Origin: an uncultured Verrucomicrobia subdivision 3 bacterium
Lineage (GTDB): Bacteria > Verrucomicrobiota > Verrucomicrobiia > Limisphaerales > UBA11358
Direction: 5' to 3'
Assembly: GCA_903872345.1 (NCBI GenBank)
Contig: CAIQKM010000017.1
Location: 15,690-79,689 of the forward strand
DNA: 64,000 nucleotides
The notes beneath the pieces were generated by a model. The model was not told the DNA's origin and did no database searches. It saw only the letters and a list, made by a program, of their open reading frames with translations. Numbering within the stretch: position 1 is the stretch's first letter; the number at the start of each line of letters is the position of its first letter. Positions 1-8,431 of the stretch are shown piece after piece. A program made the position numbers and the translations under genes.

Positions 1-1
1 G

Positions 2-424
2 TTGCTCGAGATCGCAGGCGCGGTACCCGACGCAGCGACGGCGGCGCAAATCAATTCGCCCGGCGTTTCCTACCTTCGCCAGTTGCGCGGCCAGGGCGTT
101 CCGGGCTGGCGGCAAACGATGATCTGCGAATATGGCAATGCGCGCATGGCGCGCACGGCTCGTTACAAATTGATCAAGCGCTATCCCTATGCGGGGGTGG
201 GCTTGCCCGACGAACTGTACGATCTGGAGCACGATCCGCGTGAAACGAAAAATATCCATGATGATCCGGCCCTGAAGCCAGTCATTCGGCAGCTAACGGG
301 AGAAGTAGATCAGTTTTTCGCCAAATACACCGTGCCCGGCCACAGCGGTCTGGAACTGGAACATCAGCCCAAATGCGCTCCGGCCAGTCCCTGGTTGAAG
401 GCCGCCAAGGAAACCGAGAGTTGA
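2..424 (+). CDS. sulfatase-family protein, C-terminal fragment (5' end outside window)
   Basis: ORF is open at the window edge. The tail ...LYDLEHDPRETKNIHDDP... resembles arylsulfatase C-termini. It converges on an anSME gene. Confidence 0.6.
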   Translation: MLEIAGAVPDAATAAQINSPGVSYLRQLRGQGVPGWRQTMICEYGNARMARTARYKLIKRYPYAGVGLPDELYDLEHDPRETKNIHDDPALKPVIRQLTGEVDQFFAKYTVPGHSGLELEHQPKCAPASPWLKAAKETES

Positions 425-466
425 CCGGCCACCGGTCGTCATTCCCCGGCGGCTTGCCCGCCGGAA

Positions 467-1747
467 TTAAACGCGTTTCTTGACATACAGCGGCTCATTT
501 CTCAACCGGGTGGCAATGCGTTCAATCTCCGGCAGCGCGTGGGCAAAGAATTTTTTGAAGCCCCGGCACAAATAATTCAAACCCGGCTCGCCATCCGGCG
601 TGCGGATGAAACGGTTCTTGGGACATTCGCCCCAGCAGTCCTTCAGATAGGCGCATTGACGGCAATATTGCGGCAAGCTGCCGCTTTTGCTCAAGCCGAA
701 GCCGGCCTGCTCCCGCGAGAAAACCATTTCACCCAGAATACCCGTACTGACATTGCCCAGACGATACTCCGGGTAAACGTAATGGTCGCAGGCATAGACG
801 CTGCCGTCATTTTCCACGGCCACCGCCTTGCCACAGGTCTCGCTGTAAATGCACATTTGCGAAGGAAATCCCAAGTGCTGGCCCACCAATGTTTCAAAAT
901 GATTGACCATCACCTTGCCAAGATCGTTTGCCAGCCAGCGGTCAAACACCTGGCACAAAAAATAGCCCCAATCGTCCGGGTCCACCGACCAGTCGGTGAC
1001 GATGGAATTGGGCCGGCCGGGACGCGCCTCGGGATCACCATCTTTGGGCAACTCCGCATCGTTCCATTTTTGCGGTGCCAGCCGCTTGAAATCCCGATGT
1101 TCCACAATCGGGATGAACTGGATGTTTTTTGAATCAAGCTCCTGCCGCAGAAAACGATAAACATCGCGCGGACGCCGGCCGTTGAACCGGTGGACGCAGG
1201 TGAGGGTGTTAAACGGAATGCCATGCCGTTGCAGCAACTTCGCGCCGGCGAATACCTGGTCAAAGGTGGGCCGCTGGCCCTTGGTGACCCGGTAGTGGTC
1301 GTGTATTTCGCGCGGGCCGTCAATGCTCAGACCCACCAGAAACCGGTGCTCTTTTAGAAAACCGCACCATTCCTCGTCCAGCAGCGTGCCGTTGGTTTGG
1401 AGGTCGTTCTCAATGCGCTGGCCGGGCCGGGCATATTTCTTTTCAAACGCCACCACCTTGCGGAAAAAATCCAGCCCCAGCAGTGTCGGTTCTCCGCCCT
1501 GCCAGGAAAAAATCACCTCGCTGCCGGTCACTCCCGCAATGTATTGCTGAATATAACGTTCCAAGGTTTCGTCGGACATGCGGCCGGCGCCGGGTCCGTT
1601 GGCCAGATATTCCTTGCTCAAATAATAGCAGTAGGTGCAGTCCAGATTGCAAGTGGAGCCAATGGGCTTGGCCATGGCGTGAAACTGCTGCGCGAATGTT
1701 CCCTTCAAATTATCTGGGGCGCCGCCGGCGGGAACATAATCACTCAT
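467..1747 (-). CDS. anaerobic sulfatase-maturating enzyme (radical SAM/SPASM)
   Basis: N-terminal CNLDCTYCYY (CxxxCxxC radical-SAM motif), GGEPTL, and a C-terminal Cys-rich SPASM-like region (CRQCAYLKDCWGECPKNR). Lies next to the sulfatase. Confidence 0.85.
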   Translation of the reverse strand: MSDYVPAGGAPDNLKGTFAQQFHAMAKPIGSTCNLDCTYCYYLSKEYLANGPGAGRMSDETLERYIQQYIAGVTGSEVIFSWQGGEPTLLGLDFFRKVVAFEKKYARPGQRIENDLQTNGTLLDEEWCGFLKEHRFLVGLSIDGPREIHDHYRVTKGQRPTFDQVFAGAKLLQRHGIPFNTLTCVHRFNGRRPRDVYRFLRQELDSKNIQFIPIVEHRDFKRLAPQKWNDAELPKDGDPEARPGRPNSIVTDWSVDPDDWGYFLCQVFDRWLANDLGKVMVNHFETLVGQHLGFPSQMCIYSETCGKAVAVENDGSVYACDHYVYPEYRLGNVSTGILGEMVFSREQAGFGLSKSGSLPQYCRQCAYLKDCWGECPKNRFIRTPDGEPGLNYLCRGFKKFFAHALPEIERIATRLRNEPLYVKKRV

Positions 1748-1949
1748 ATGAATAATTTAGCTTGCCGGGTTTTTACTTCCAAATTGATTTGTCTTCAAAC
1801 TTCCGAATTTTCAGCCGAAACCATGCAGTTGCGATTGATATGGTGGCAAACCTCCCCCGACCAGTTTACGCCCGGTTCAGACTCCGACGCCCCGATGGCA
1901 CATTGTCAACGCTTCGTTACCAGTCTGCCGGGGCCGCGCCGGGCGGGCG

Positions 1950-2750
1950 TCAGCGCGTGTAGGCCGGGTTGTTCTGGAAATGGCTCTCGGAGCCGGGTTG
2001 ATCCAGCGCTCCCTTCGGCGGGTGGTATTCGTCGTTATCGTTGAACACGGAGCGTTGCCGGGTAATGAGTTCGTCCAGCAAAGCGGCTTCGCTTGAGTAT
2101 TTCGAAAAATCATCCGGCGGCACAAACAACGTTTCCGCCGGCGGCGTGAGCCGGATATTTGAGAGGGCGAGGGACACCGGTTCCGGTCCGGCCAGGGGAT
2201 GAATTTGCAAGGCGAGCTGCGCCAGATCGGCGGCCTGCGCGACCTGATATTGCCAGCTTTTGCCATCGCTCCCGAGCAGGGTTACGAGCGTGTTTTGAAC
2301 GGGGTGGCCATCCTGTTTATCGGTGGTGCTGGCATCCGGTTCCCGCCGGGCAAGGCTGTACCAGTTCGTGCCATTCAACGGAGCCACGCCCTGCAAGGCT
2401 TCGCTCATCACCCAGCCTTGATTCCTGCCCGTGTCCCAGATCAGGGCAAAACGGCCGGAACGGTTTTTTTCCCCGGAGTCGGATTCGAAATACAGGCGGC
2501 CTTTGGATTCGGTCAACTGCCCGGAGACCTGGCGGACATGGCCTGCCTCCGGATTCAAGGTCAGCGTCAGCCGCCCCTGCCAGCCGTCCAGATTGGTCAG
2601 TAAGAGGGCGGCCGGTCCGGTGAGCGCGGCGATGACCGGCGGGGCCACCTGCCAGGCGTTGTCCACCGCCAGCTCTTCGCGCGAGCGTGAATGGGCGCAA
2701 CCGCCGGCCAGTAGCAACAAGGCGGCAAATCCAAGCAGTTGACGTTTCAT
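1950..2750 (-). CDS. hypothetical lipoprotein
   Basis: Internal ATG at 2750 gives MKRQLLGFAALLLLAGGC, a signal peptide plus lipobox. No recognisable domain. The upstream 25 codons of the ORF look non-coding. Confidence 0.55.
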   Translation of the reverse strand: MKRQLLGFAALLLLAGGCAHSRSREELAVDNAWQVAPPVIAALTGPAALLLTNLDGWQGRLTLTLNPEAGHVRQVSGQLTESKGRLYFESDSGEKNRSGRFALIWDTGRNQGWVMSEALQGVAPLNGTNWYSLARREPDASTTDKQDGHPVQNTLVTLLGSDGKSWQYQVAQAADLAQLALQIHPLAGPEPVSLALSNIRLTPPAETLFVPPDDFSKYSSEAALLDELITRQRSVFNDNDEYHPPKGALDQPGSESHFQNNPAYTR

Positions 2751-2828
2751 AGGCAATTTAATAAATACGGCGGTCGCCGGACTTTGACTTTCCGGTTCGC
2801 CGGCAACCGCCGGCGCGGGGCTCAACTT

Positions 2829-3254
2829 TCAAAGCCGTTTTTCATCGGCATCCAGGTAATCCACGAACGTTTTCAGGTCGTCGCGCGACCCCAGACCGGA
2901 CTGTTCCTTGCGCATTTGCAGGCGGGCGGCGCCGGCGGCATCGCCGGACTGCGGGCGGTTCAGCAATTCCCGGGCGTGGGCGGCCTTTTCGGCGGCGGTC
3001 TTTTTGACGTTTTGACGCACCCAGTCACAAACCTGGCCATCGGTGATGGTGTGCTTCACGATTTCCACGAAGGCTTCATGCTTCAAGCCGGCATGAGTGA
3101 GCCAAAGGCCGTCGAAACCTTTGCCGAGATTTTCCTGGTAGTCGGCATGGAGTTTGCCGGCCAGGTGCAGGCGGATTTTATCAACATACCGGGGCAGGTA
3201 CAGCCAGCCGTCCATGGTTTCGCGGGGGCTGCGCGGATAAATAAGTTCGCTCAT
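2829..3254 (-). CDS. DUF5069-like protein
   Basis: The N-terminus PRSPRETMDGWLYLPRYVDKIR... matches my memory of DUF5069 proteins. 141-aa ORF with high-GC coding bias. Confidence 0.5.
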   Translation of the reverse strand: MSELIYPRSPRETMDGWLYLPRYVDKIRLHLAGKLHADYQENLGKGFDGLWLTHAGLKHEAFVEIVKHTITDGQVCDWVRQNVKKTAAEKAAHARELLNRPQSGDAAGAARLQMRKEQSGLGSRDDLKTFVDYLDADEKRL

Positions 3255-3340
3255 GGCGGGATTCTGGCGTGCTGCGGTCCCGAGAGCAACGGGAAAATCA
3301 GCCTCGGCGGTGAAGACCGCAGGGCGTTTGCTTGTTTAAT

Positions 3341-3361
3341 CTTGATTTACCTTGATTTACC
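3341..3361 (-). repeat. two tandem 10-bp units (minus strand GGTAAATCAAGGTAAATCAAG), part of a phased A-tract block
   Basis: Read directly. An 18-nt core, AAATCAAGGTAAATCAAG, is identical to 11164-11181. Lies 87-107 nt upstream of the DUF5069-like gene. Confidence 0.7.
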
Positions 3362-3434
3362 GGTTTTTAAAGGGTTTTCGAGGTAAAAGCGGGAGATGTT
3401 TAACCGCGAAATTCCAAATACGCGAAAGGGTGAA

Positions 3435-3485
3435 TCCTTTCCCGGGGGGGATCAGATACAGGTGAGGACGAGCGTCGCCACTAAC
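3435..3485 (+). repeat. intergenic repeat family A copy (short hairpin plus GGTGAGGnCGAGCGTC core)
   Basis: tcctttcccggggggga...caggtgaggacgagcgtcgcc. Aligns with copies at 7656, 19715 (reverse complement) and 19839. Confidence 0.65.
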
Positions 3486-3514
3486 TTTCCGGGCAACTGG
3501 ATCTATAGGCAAAA

Positions 3515-4090
3515 TCAACCGGGGCCGGCGTCACGCTGGTGGATGGCGCGGAAGAGCCAGGCGCGAGCGTAGGCCCAATGCCGTTTGGCCGTCGGCTCGG
3601 AAATGCCCAGCACCTCGGCGGCTTCGGTTAGCGTCAGGCCCGTGAAAAAACGCAATTTCACCAACTCCGCCTTGGCTGCATCGTGTTCCGCCAGCCGATC
3701 CAGCGCCTCGTGCAAGGCCAGCAACTGGTCATCATCCATCGCCGCTGCCAGTTCGAGACTCTCCGGATCCAGCGGCACCCGTTCCGCGCCGCCGCCGTGA
3801 CGTCCGGCTTTTTTGCGACGCGCGTTATCAATCAAAATACGCCGCATCGCCTCGGCTGCCGCCGCAAAGAAGTGGCCGCGATTCTGCCACGCCGGCTGCC
3901 GGTCGCCGCCCAACCGCAGCCACGCCTCATGCACCAGCGCCGTCGCCTGCAACGTCTGACCCGGATTTTCCCGCGCCATCCGCTGCGCCGCGAGTTTGCG
4001 CAACTCCTCATACACCAGCGGCAGGATCTCCTCCTGCGCCCCGGTGTCACCCGCACCCGCCCGTTGCAATAAAAGCGTGAACTCGTTCAC
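3515..4090 (-). CDS. ECF-type RNA polymerase sigma factor (TIGR02999-like)
   Basis: The motif ...FTLLLQRAGAGDTGAQEEILPLVYEELRKLAAQRM...ATALVHEAWLRL is typical of this ECF family. C-terminal region-4 HTH (LTLTEAAEVLGISEPTAKRHWAYARAWL). The ORF-track TTG start at 4144 overlaps a terminator T-tail, so GTG at 4090 is preferred. Confidence 0.8.
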   Translation of the reverse strand: MNEFTLLLQRAGAGDTGAQEEILPLVYEELRKLAAQRMARENPGQTLQATALVHEAWLRLGGDRQPAWQNRGHFFAAAAEAMRRILIDNARRKKAGRHGGGAERVPLDPESLELAAAMDDDQLLALHEALDRLAEHDAAKAELVKLRFFTGLTLTEAAEVLGISEPTAKRHWAYARAWLFRAIHQRDAGPG

Positions 4091-4140
4091 GCGGCCACGA
4101 TACGGAATTTGCGGTCCGGGAAAAAGCCCGGAATATAATG

Positions 4141-4175
4141 ACAAAAAGGCATCCGCCCCTCGCGGAGCGGATGCC
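4141..4175 (-). terminator. Rho-independent terminator downstream of the wrbA-like operon
   Basis: On the minus strand the stem GGCATCCGC/GCGGATGCC is followed by TTTTTGT. Confidence 0.6.
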
Positions 4176-4208
4176 CTGGCACTGCGTCGTTATTTGTTTA
4201 AAGAAGCA

Positions 4209-4275
4209 GCAGCCGACGTGAGGCTCTAAATAAATGAGCGTTACAATGATGTTAGAGCCTCCTAACGTCGGCTGC
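4209..4275. repeat. long imperfect hairpin built from inverted copies of a GCCGACGT-containing repeat
   Basis: The left arm gcagccgacgtgaggctctaa pairs with the right arm ttagagcctcctaacgtcggctgc (about 21 bp with a small bulge) around a 22-nt loop. A related single arm lies at 28063-28085. Confidence 0.7.
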
Positions 4276-4301
4276 AACCCCGCAAGTGATTTTCGCCGGC
4301 C

Positions 4302-4874
4302 TTACTTCTGCAACTTCACCGCATACGTCGCCACGCGCTGGCCCAGCAATTCGCCCGTCAGCTTGTCCGCCGCATTGGGTGCCACCGCCGGATCCTCCTG
4401 CCCCGCCTGCGCCATCACGCCGCTGTAGCTGCTCAGACGGTTGATGCCCTTGTCATTCATCGGCAGTTCCGGCAGCCCGATCCAGATCATGCCGAGCTGC
4501 ATCGCCAGGGTGAAAAAATAGTGCAACGTGCTCAGCTTGTCGCCGCTCGGGCCGTTCGAAACGGTGAATCCCGCCGCCACCTTGTCGCGCCACGCGCCGG
4601 TGTACCACTTGCCGCCGGTGGCATCGGCAAACGCCTTGAACTGCGCCGCCGGTCCGCCCATGTACGTGGGACTGCCAAAGATCACCGCGTCGCTGGCATC
4701 AATCTGCGCCAGCACCGCGTCGTTCTGGTAACGGCCCTTGATAATGTCATCGCCGCTGATGGCGATCAGATTTGTCTTCACGCCGGCCACGGACGCCGCG
4801 CCTTTTTGCACAGCCTCCGCCAGCTTGGTGGTGTGACCCGTGCCGCTGAAATAAATGATGGATACAGTTGCCAT
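4302..4874 (-). CDS. flavodoxin-fold NAD(P)H:quinone oxidoreductase (WrbA-like)
   Basis: The N-terminus MATVSIIYFSGTGHTTKLAEAV and GSPTYMGG are flavodoxin-like FMN-binding motifs. Confidence 0.75.
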   Translation of the reverse strand: MATVSIIYFSGTGHTTKLAEAVQKGAASVAGVKTNLIAISGDDIIKGRYQNDAVLAQIDASDAVIFGSPTYMGGPAAQFKAFADATGGKWYTGAWRDKVAAGFTVSNGPSGDKLSTLHYFFTLAMQLGMIWIGLPELPMNDKGINRLSSYSGVMAQAGQEDPAVAPNAADKLTGELLGQRVATYAVKLQK

Positions 4875-4919
4875 AATATTCGATTTGGTTGGTTGTTGTT
4901 ATGTTGAAATCGTCGGTGT

Positions 4920-5528
4920 TTATTGGGCGATGGACGCGCCCGCGATGGCGAGCGAAAGGTCAATTGTCGGCGACACCTTGTCTTCATATTGACCCTTCTG
5001 GATGTTGAAATCCTCGCGATTGATCGTGAAGTTGGCGCGCACCACCAGCAGGTCGCCCTTGAGGTTCGGCACGCGTGCGCTCAGTTTGTCTTTCAGATAG
5101 GTCAGCTTGATCGGCACGGTCAATTCCTTGGAAACGCCGTGCAGGGTGAACGTGCCCGTGGCATCCGCCGTGGTCACGTTGCCGTCCGTCTTCACATTCG
5201 CCAGGGATTTGGCTTCAAACGTGATTTCCGGATACTTCGCCACCTCCAGCCAGTTCGCGCCGTGGAGATGTTCCTTCTGCATCGGATTCGGCACCGTCAA
5301 GGATTCGCTCGCCACCACGATTTTGCCCGTGGTCGCCGCCGGATTTTCCGGGTCAAAACTCACCGTGCCCGTGATGCCGCTCGCGCTGCCGTTGATGGAT
5401 TCCAGCGGCGCATCGAGCTTGAAGATCGCGTTGTTCACGCCCTTGGGATCTTTGAAGTCAAAGCTCTGCGGCGCCGCATACGCGGAGATGGAGAGGCTGG
5501 TGAGGAGGAGGAGATGATTCAGTTTCAT
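4920..5528 (-). CDS. YceI-family periplasmic protein
   Basis: Signal peptide followed by a beta-rich YceI-like sequence (FKLDAPLESINGSASGITGTVSFDP...TFTLHGVSKE). Confidence 0.75.
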   Translation of the reverse strand: MKLNHLLLLTSLSISAYAAPQSFDFKDPKGVNNAIFKLDAPLESINGSASGITGTVSFDPENPAATTGKIVVASESLTVPNPMQKEHLHGANWLEVAKYPEITFEAKSLANVKTDGNVTTADATGTFTLHGVSKELTVPIKLTYLKDKLSARVPNLKGDLLVVRANFTINREDFNIQKGQYEDKVSPTIDLSLAIAGASIAQ

Positions 5529-5596
5529 ATATGTGTCTATTGGTTTTGTTTAAGTCAGTTGTTGGTTGCTACGGTTAAATATAGTCGTCTACGTTT

Positions 5597-5863
5597 TCAA
5601 TTTTTGTCGTTGGTTTGGTTTTTATTACGGAACAAAAGGGAGGCCCCGGCCAGCAATCCAGCCGCCGCCAACGCGGCGCCCAGAAAATCCACGCCGGGGG
5701 AAAATTTCGACTGGTAGGTGATGCCCTCGATGCCCGTGACGGGATCCAGGGTCTTGACGGACTGGCTGGTTTTGGTCCAGCCCCGGTTGGCGCCGGTGGC
5801 TACCCACGTGACCACCGCCGCCAGTACCACGAGCACGGCCAATCGGATCAAAGCGCGTTTCAT
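5597..5863 (-). CDS. small membrane protein (2 TM), unknown function
   Basis: 88-aa ORF with hydrophobic N- and C-terminal segments. Sits inside the co-directional wrbA-like/yceI/pirin string. Confidence 0.45.
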   Translation of the reverse strand: MKRALIRLAVLVVLAAVVTWVATGANRGWTKTSQSVKTLDPVTGIEGITYQSKFSPGVDFLGAALAAAGLLAGASLLFRNKNQTNDKN

Positions 5864-5888
5864 AATGGTTTTCGGTTTGTTCGTCGCT

Positions 5889-6584
5889 TCAGTTCAAGTC
5901 AAACAGCAGCACCTGCGACGGCTTCACCGCTATCACTTGTAGCACAGCTTCTTCCGACACGCCAATCGCGTCACCGCCCGCCAGCGTCTGGCCGTTCACC
6001 GTCACTTCGCCTTCGGCCACATGCAGCCAGGCGTGGCGCTTCGCCGCCAGCGGATGCGTTACCTGCTGACCGCCTTCCAGCCGCGCATGCCAGAGCTCCG
6101 CATCCTGATGGATGGCAATCGCATTGCCGCGCCCGTCCTTGCTGGCGATCAGGTTCAGCTTCCCGGCCGGCGCCTCGGCGGAAGTCCTTTCCGCATATTG
6201 CGGCGTCACGCCCTTCGTGTCCGGCTTGATCCAGATTTGCAGCAGACGCGTCGCCTCCGTTTTCGAGGGATTAAACTCGCTGTGCTGCACGCCGCTGCCG
6301 GCGGACATATACTGAAATTCGCCCGCGCCAATCACCCGGCCGTTGCCCATCGAGTCCCGATGCGCCAGCGACCCTTTCAGCACGAAGCTGATAATCTCCA
6401 TGTCCCGGTGGGGATGCGTGCCGAAACCCATGCCGGGCATGATCAGATCGTCATTGATCACCCGCAGCGTGCGGAACCCGAGCCAGTTGGCATCGTGGTA
6501 GTCCGCGAAGCTGAAGGTGTGGTAGCTGTCCAGCCAGCCGTGATTGGCGTGGCCCCGTTCATTTGATTTGCGAATAATCATCAT
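5889..6584 (-). CDS. pirin-family protein
   Basis: ERGHANHGWLDSYHTFSFADYHD and HPHRDMEIISFVLKG are cupin/pirin signatures. Confidence 0.9.
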   Translation of the reverse strand: MMIIRKSNERGHANHGWLDSYHTFSFADYHDANWLGFRTLRVINDDLIMPGMGFGTHPHRDMEIISFVLKGSLAHRDSMGNGRVIGAGEFQYMSAGSGVQHSEFNPSKTEATRLLQIWIKPDTKGVTPQYAERTSAEAPAGKLNLIASKDGRGNAIAIHQDAELWHARLEGGQQVTHPLAAKRHAWLHVAEGEVTVNGQTLAGGDAIGVSEEAVLQVIAVKPSQVLLFDLN

Positions 6585-6639
6585 GGGAACACATTACGCT
6601 CCCATTCCCGATCCGTGAAATATCAAGTTGCTTGCCTCA

Positions 6640-6658
6640 GCATAACCAAAAGGTATGC
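6640..6658. promoter_or_regulatory. candidate LysR-type (T-N11-A) binding site in the pirin/lysR divergent region
   Basis: GCATA-N9-TATGC is a perfect 5-bp inverted repeat, 56-74 nt upstream of the pirin start codon. Confidence 0.35.
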
Positions 6659-6665
6659 TCGCCCG

Positions 6666-7553
6666 ATGGAATTGCGTCATTTGCGCTATTATGTGGCCGT
6701 GGCCGAAACGGAGAACGTTTCGCGCGCCGCGCTGAAATTGCATGTCTCCCAGCCCGCCCTCAGCCGCCAAATTCGCGACCTCGAGGACGAACTCGGGTTT
6801 CTCCTCCTTGAACGCAGTGCCAAATCCGTGCGCCTCACCGCCGCCGGCCGGGTGTTTCTGACCGAGGCCCGCGCCGTGCTCCAGCGCGCCGCCGAAGCCG
6901 TGGCCGCCGCCCGCGCCGCCGCCGGCGGTATCACCGGCGAAATCAATGTCGGCTACGCGCCTTCGCTCACCATCCAGATACTCCCGCCGGCGCTGCGCCG
7001 GTTTCAGGAAAAATTTCCGTCGGTGCGCGTGGCCCTGCACGATCTGTCCACGGAGGAAATGCTCGCCCAGATCGGCACGGGCAAATTGCAGGTGGCGCTC
7101 ACCGTGCAGCCGCCCGCCAAAGCCCTGCGCGGACTCCAATACGCCCCCCTGGCCCGTTATGCCCTCTGCGTGGCCGTGGCCCCCGGTCACGCGCTCGCGC
7201 GGTTGCGTTCGGTCGCGCTCGCCGCGCTCGTGCGCGAACCCCTCATCGCCTACAGCCGCAAAGAGTATCCCGAATATCACGAACAAATTGGCCGCCTGTT
7301 TGCGCCCGTCGGCCGCGTGCCGCGCATCATTGGGGAGCACGATGGCATCAGCAGCCTCATCCCCGATGTGGAGACCGGCCGCGGCTTTGCCCTCGTCCCC
7401 AACTGCCTCGCCTGCATGGTCGGTCCGCGTCTGAAACTGATTCCGCTCCGCCCGGCCGCCCGGCCCATCCCCGTCGGCGCCATCTGCCGCAAAGATAACG
7501 CCACCGGCCTCGTCGCCGAATTCATCGCCGCCACCCAGCCCCGGCCTGAATAA
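6666..7553 (+). CDS. LysR-family transcriptional regulator
   Basis: Canonical N-terminus MELRHLRYYVAVAETENVSRAALKLHVSQPALSRQIRDLE at the internal ATG 6666. Divergent from the pirin gene. Confidence 0.85.
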   Translation: MELRHLRYYVAVAETENVSRAALKLHVSQPALSRQIRDLEDELGFLLLERSAKSVRLTAAGRVFLTEARAVLQRAAEAVAAARAAAGGITGEINVGYAPSLTIQILPPALRRFQEKFPSVRVALHDLSTEEMLAQIGTGKLQVALTVQPPAKALRGLQYAPLARYALCVAVAPGHALARLRSVALAALVREPLIAYSRKEYPEYHEQIGRLFAPVGRVPRIIGEHDGISSLIPDVETGRGFALVPNCLACMVGPRLKLIPLRPAARPIPVGAICRKDNATGLVAEFIAATQPRPE

Positions 7554-7655
7554 CCGTCATCGGCCGGGGCACAGAACGTTGATTACCCGGCAACTTCCAC
7601 AGTGCGGATGTGGGCGCGAACCGTTCAAACGCTTGGACAAGCCTTTACGCTGGAA

Positions 7656-7710
7656 CCGTCTCCACCTCTCCCGGGGGAGACGGCAGGGGGTGAGTGCGAG
7701 CGTCAAACCA
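7656..7710 (+). repeat. intergenic repeat family A copy
   Basis: 8-bp stem CCGTCTCC/GGAGACGG followed by cagggggtgagtgcgagcgtcaaacca. Confidence 0.65.
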
Positions 7711-8071
7711 TCTATGTTTCCAAGTTTTTTGTTTTATACAAAAGCACCGTTAATGATCCCTCCGCCAAAAATAAATAACCCTATATTGTTGTACATCCGC
7801 CAACGCAGGGTGTAAGCATTGCTTGATTGATCGGCATATTTAGGGAATTCGCCTTATCCGGCCCCGCCATCCGGTCGGTAAAGGCAACTTGGACACCATC
7901 TGTCCGCCTGTCCGAGCAACCAATATATGTCTTATCAATGGCAACCGATGGTGAGTCATGGTTGGCCCCCTTCCGTAAATTATCAGCATACAAATCGTTG
8001 GCCCGGATGCCCCAAATCCCGTTGCCGTGCCTTCCTTTTTTGGAAGTCAGCGGCGCAAACCAAGTCATAAC

Positions 8072-8404
8072 ATGAATAAAGCCAAACCTTCTGAAGCCAG
8101 AATGCAAACCACCATGGTGGCTGCGCTCGGTGCCCTCCTGCTGGGCGTCATCGCACTTACCCCCGGCTGCGCCGATCAAGCTGCCGCCACGGGGACATCC
8201 GCCACCGCCTCCACCCGCCATCAGTTGACCGGCGCGGAACTCTATTCCATCCATTGCAATCGCTGTCACCCCGAGCGCTACCCCACGGAGCGCACCGCCG
8301 CCCAATGGAAAACCATCACCCTGCACATGCAGGTGCGGGCCAATATCCCCGGGAATCAGGCGCGGATGATTCTCAAATATCTCCAGGACAACAGCGGCCG
8401 TTGA
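8072..8404 (+). CDS. small monohaem c-type cytochrome with signal peptide (possible lipoprotein)
   Basis: Internal ATG at 8072. The hydrophobic leader ends in ...ALTPGC. Single CNRCH haem-binding motif with a downstream Met (LHMQV). Confidence 0.65.
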   Translation: MNKAKPSEARMQTTMVAALGALLLGVIALTPGCADQAAATGTSATASTRHQLTGAELYSIHCNRCHPERYPTERTAAQWKTITLHMQVRANIPGNQARMILKYLQDNSGR

Positions 8405-8431
8405 ACCAACCCTCAACCATCTGATCAACGC

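Noticed and set aside
7554-8071. 518-nt gene-free region upstream of the cytochrome operon, considered for a missed gene or ncRNA
   Set aside because: The ORFs here (7579-7815, 7827-8075) have no coding character. The region contains a family-A repeat and an AT-rich promoter-like stretch. I recognised nothing specific.
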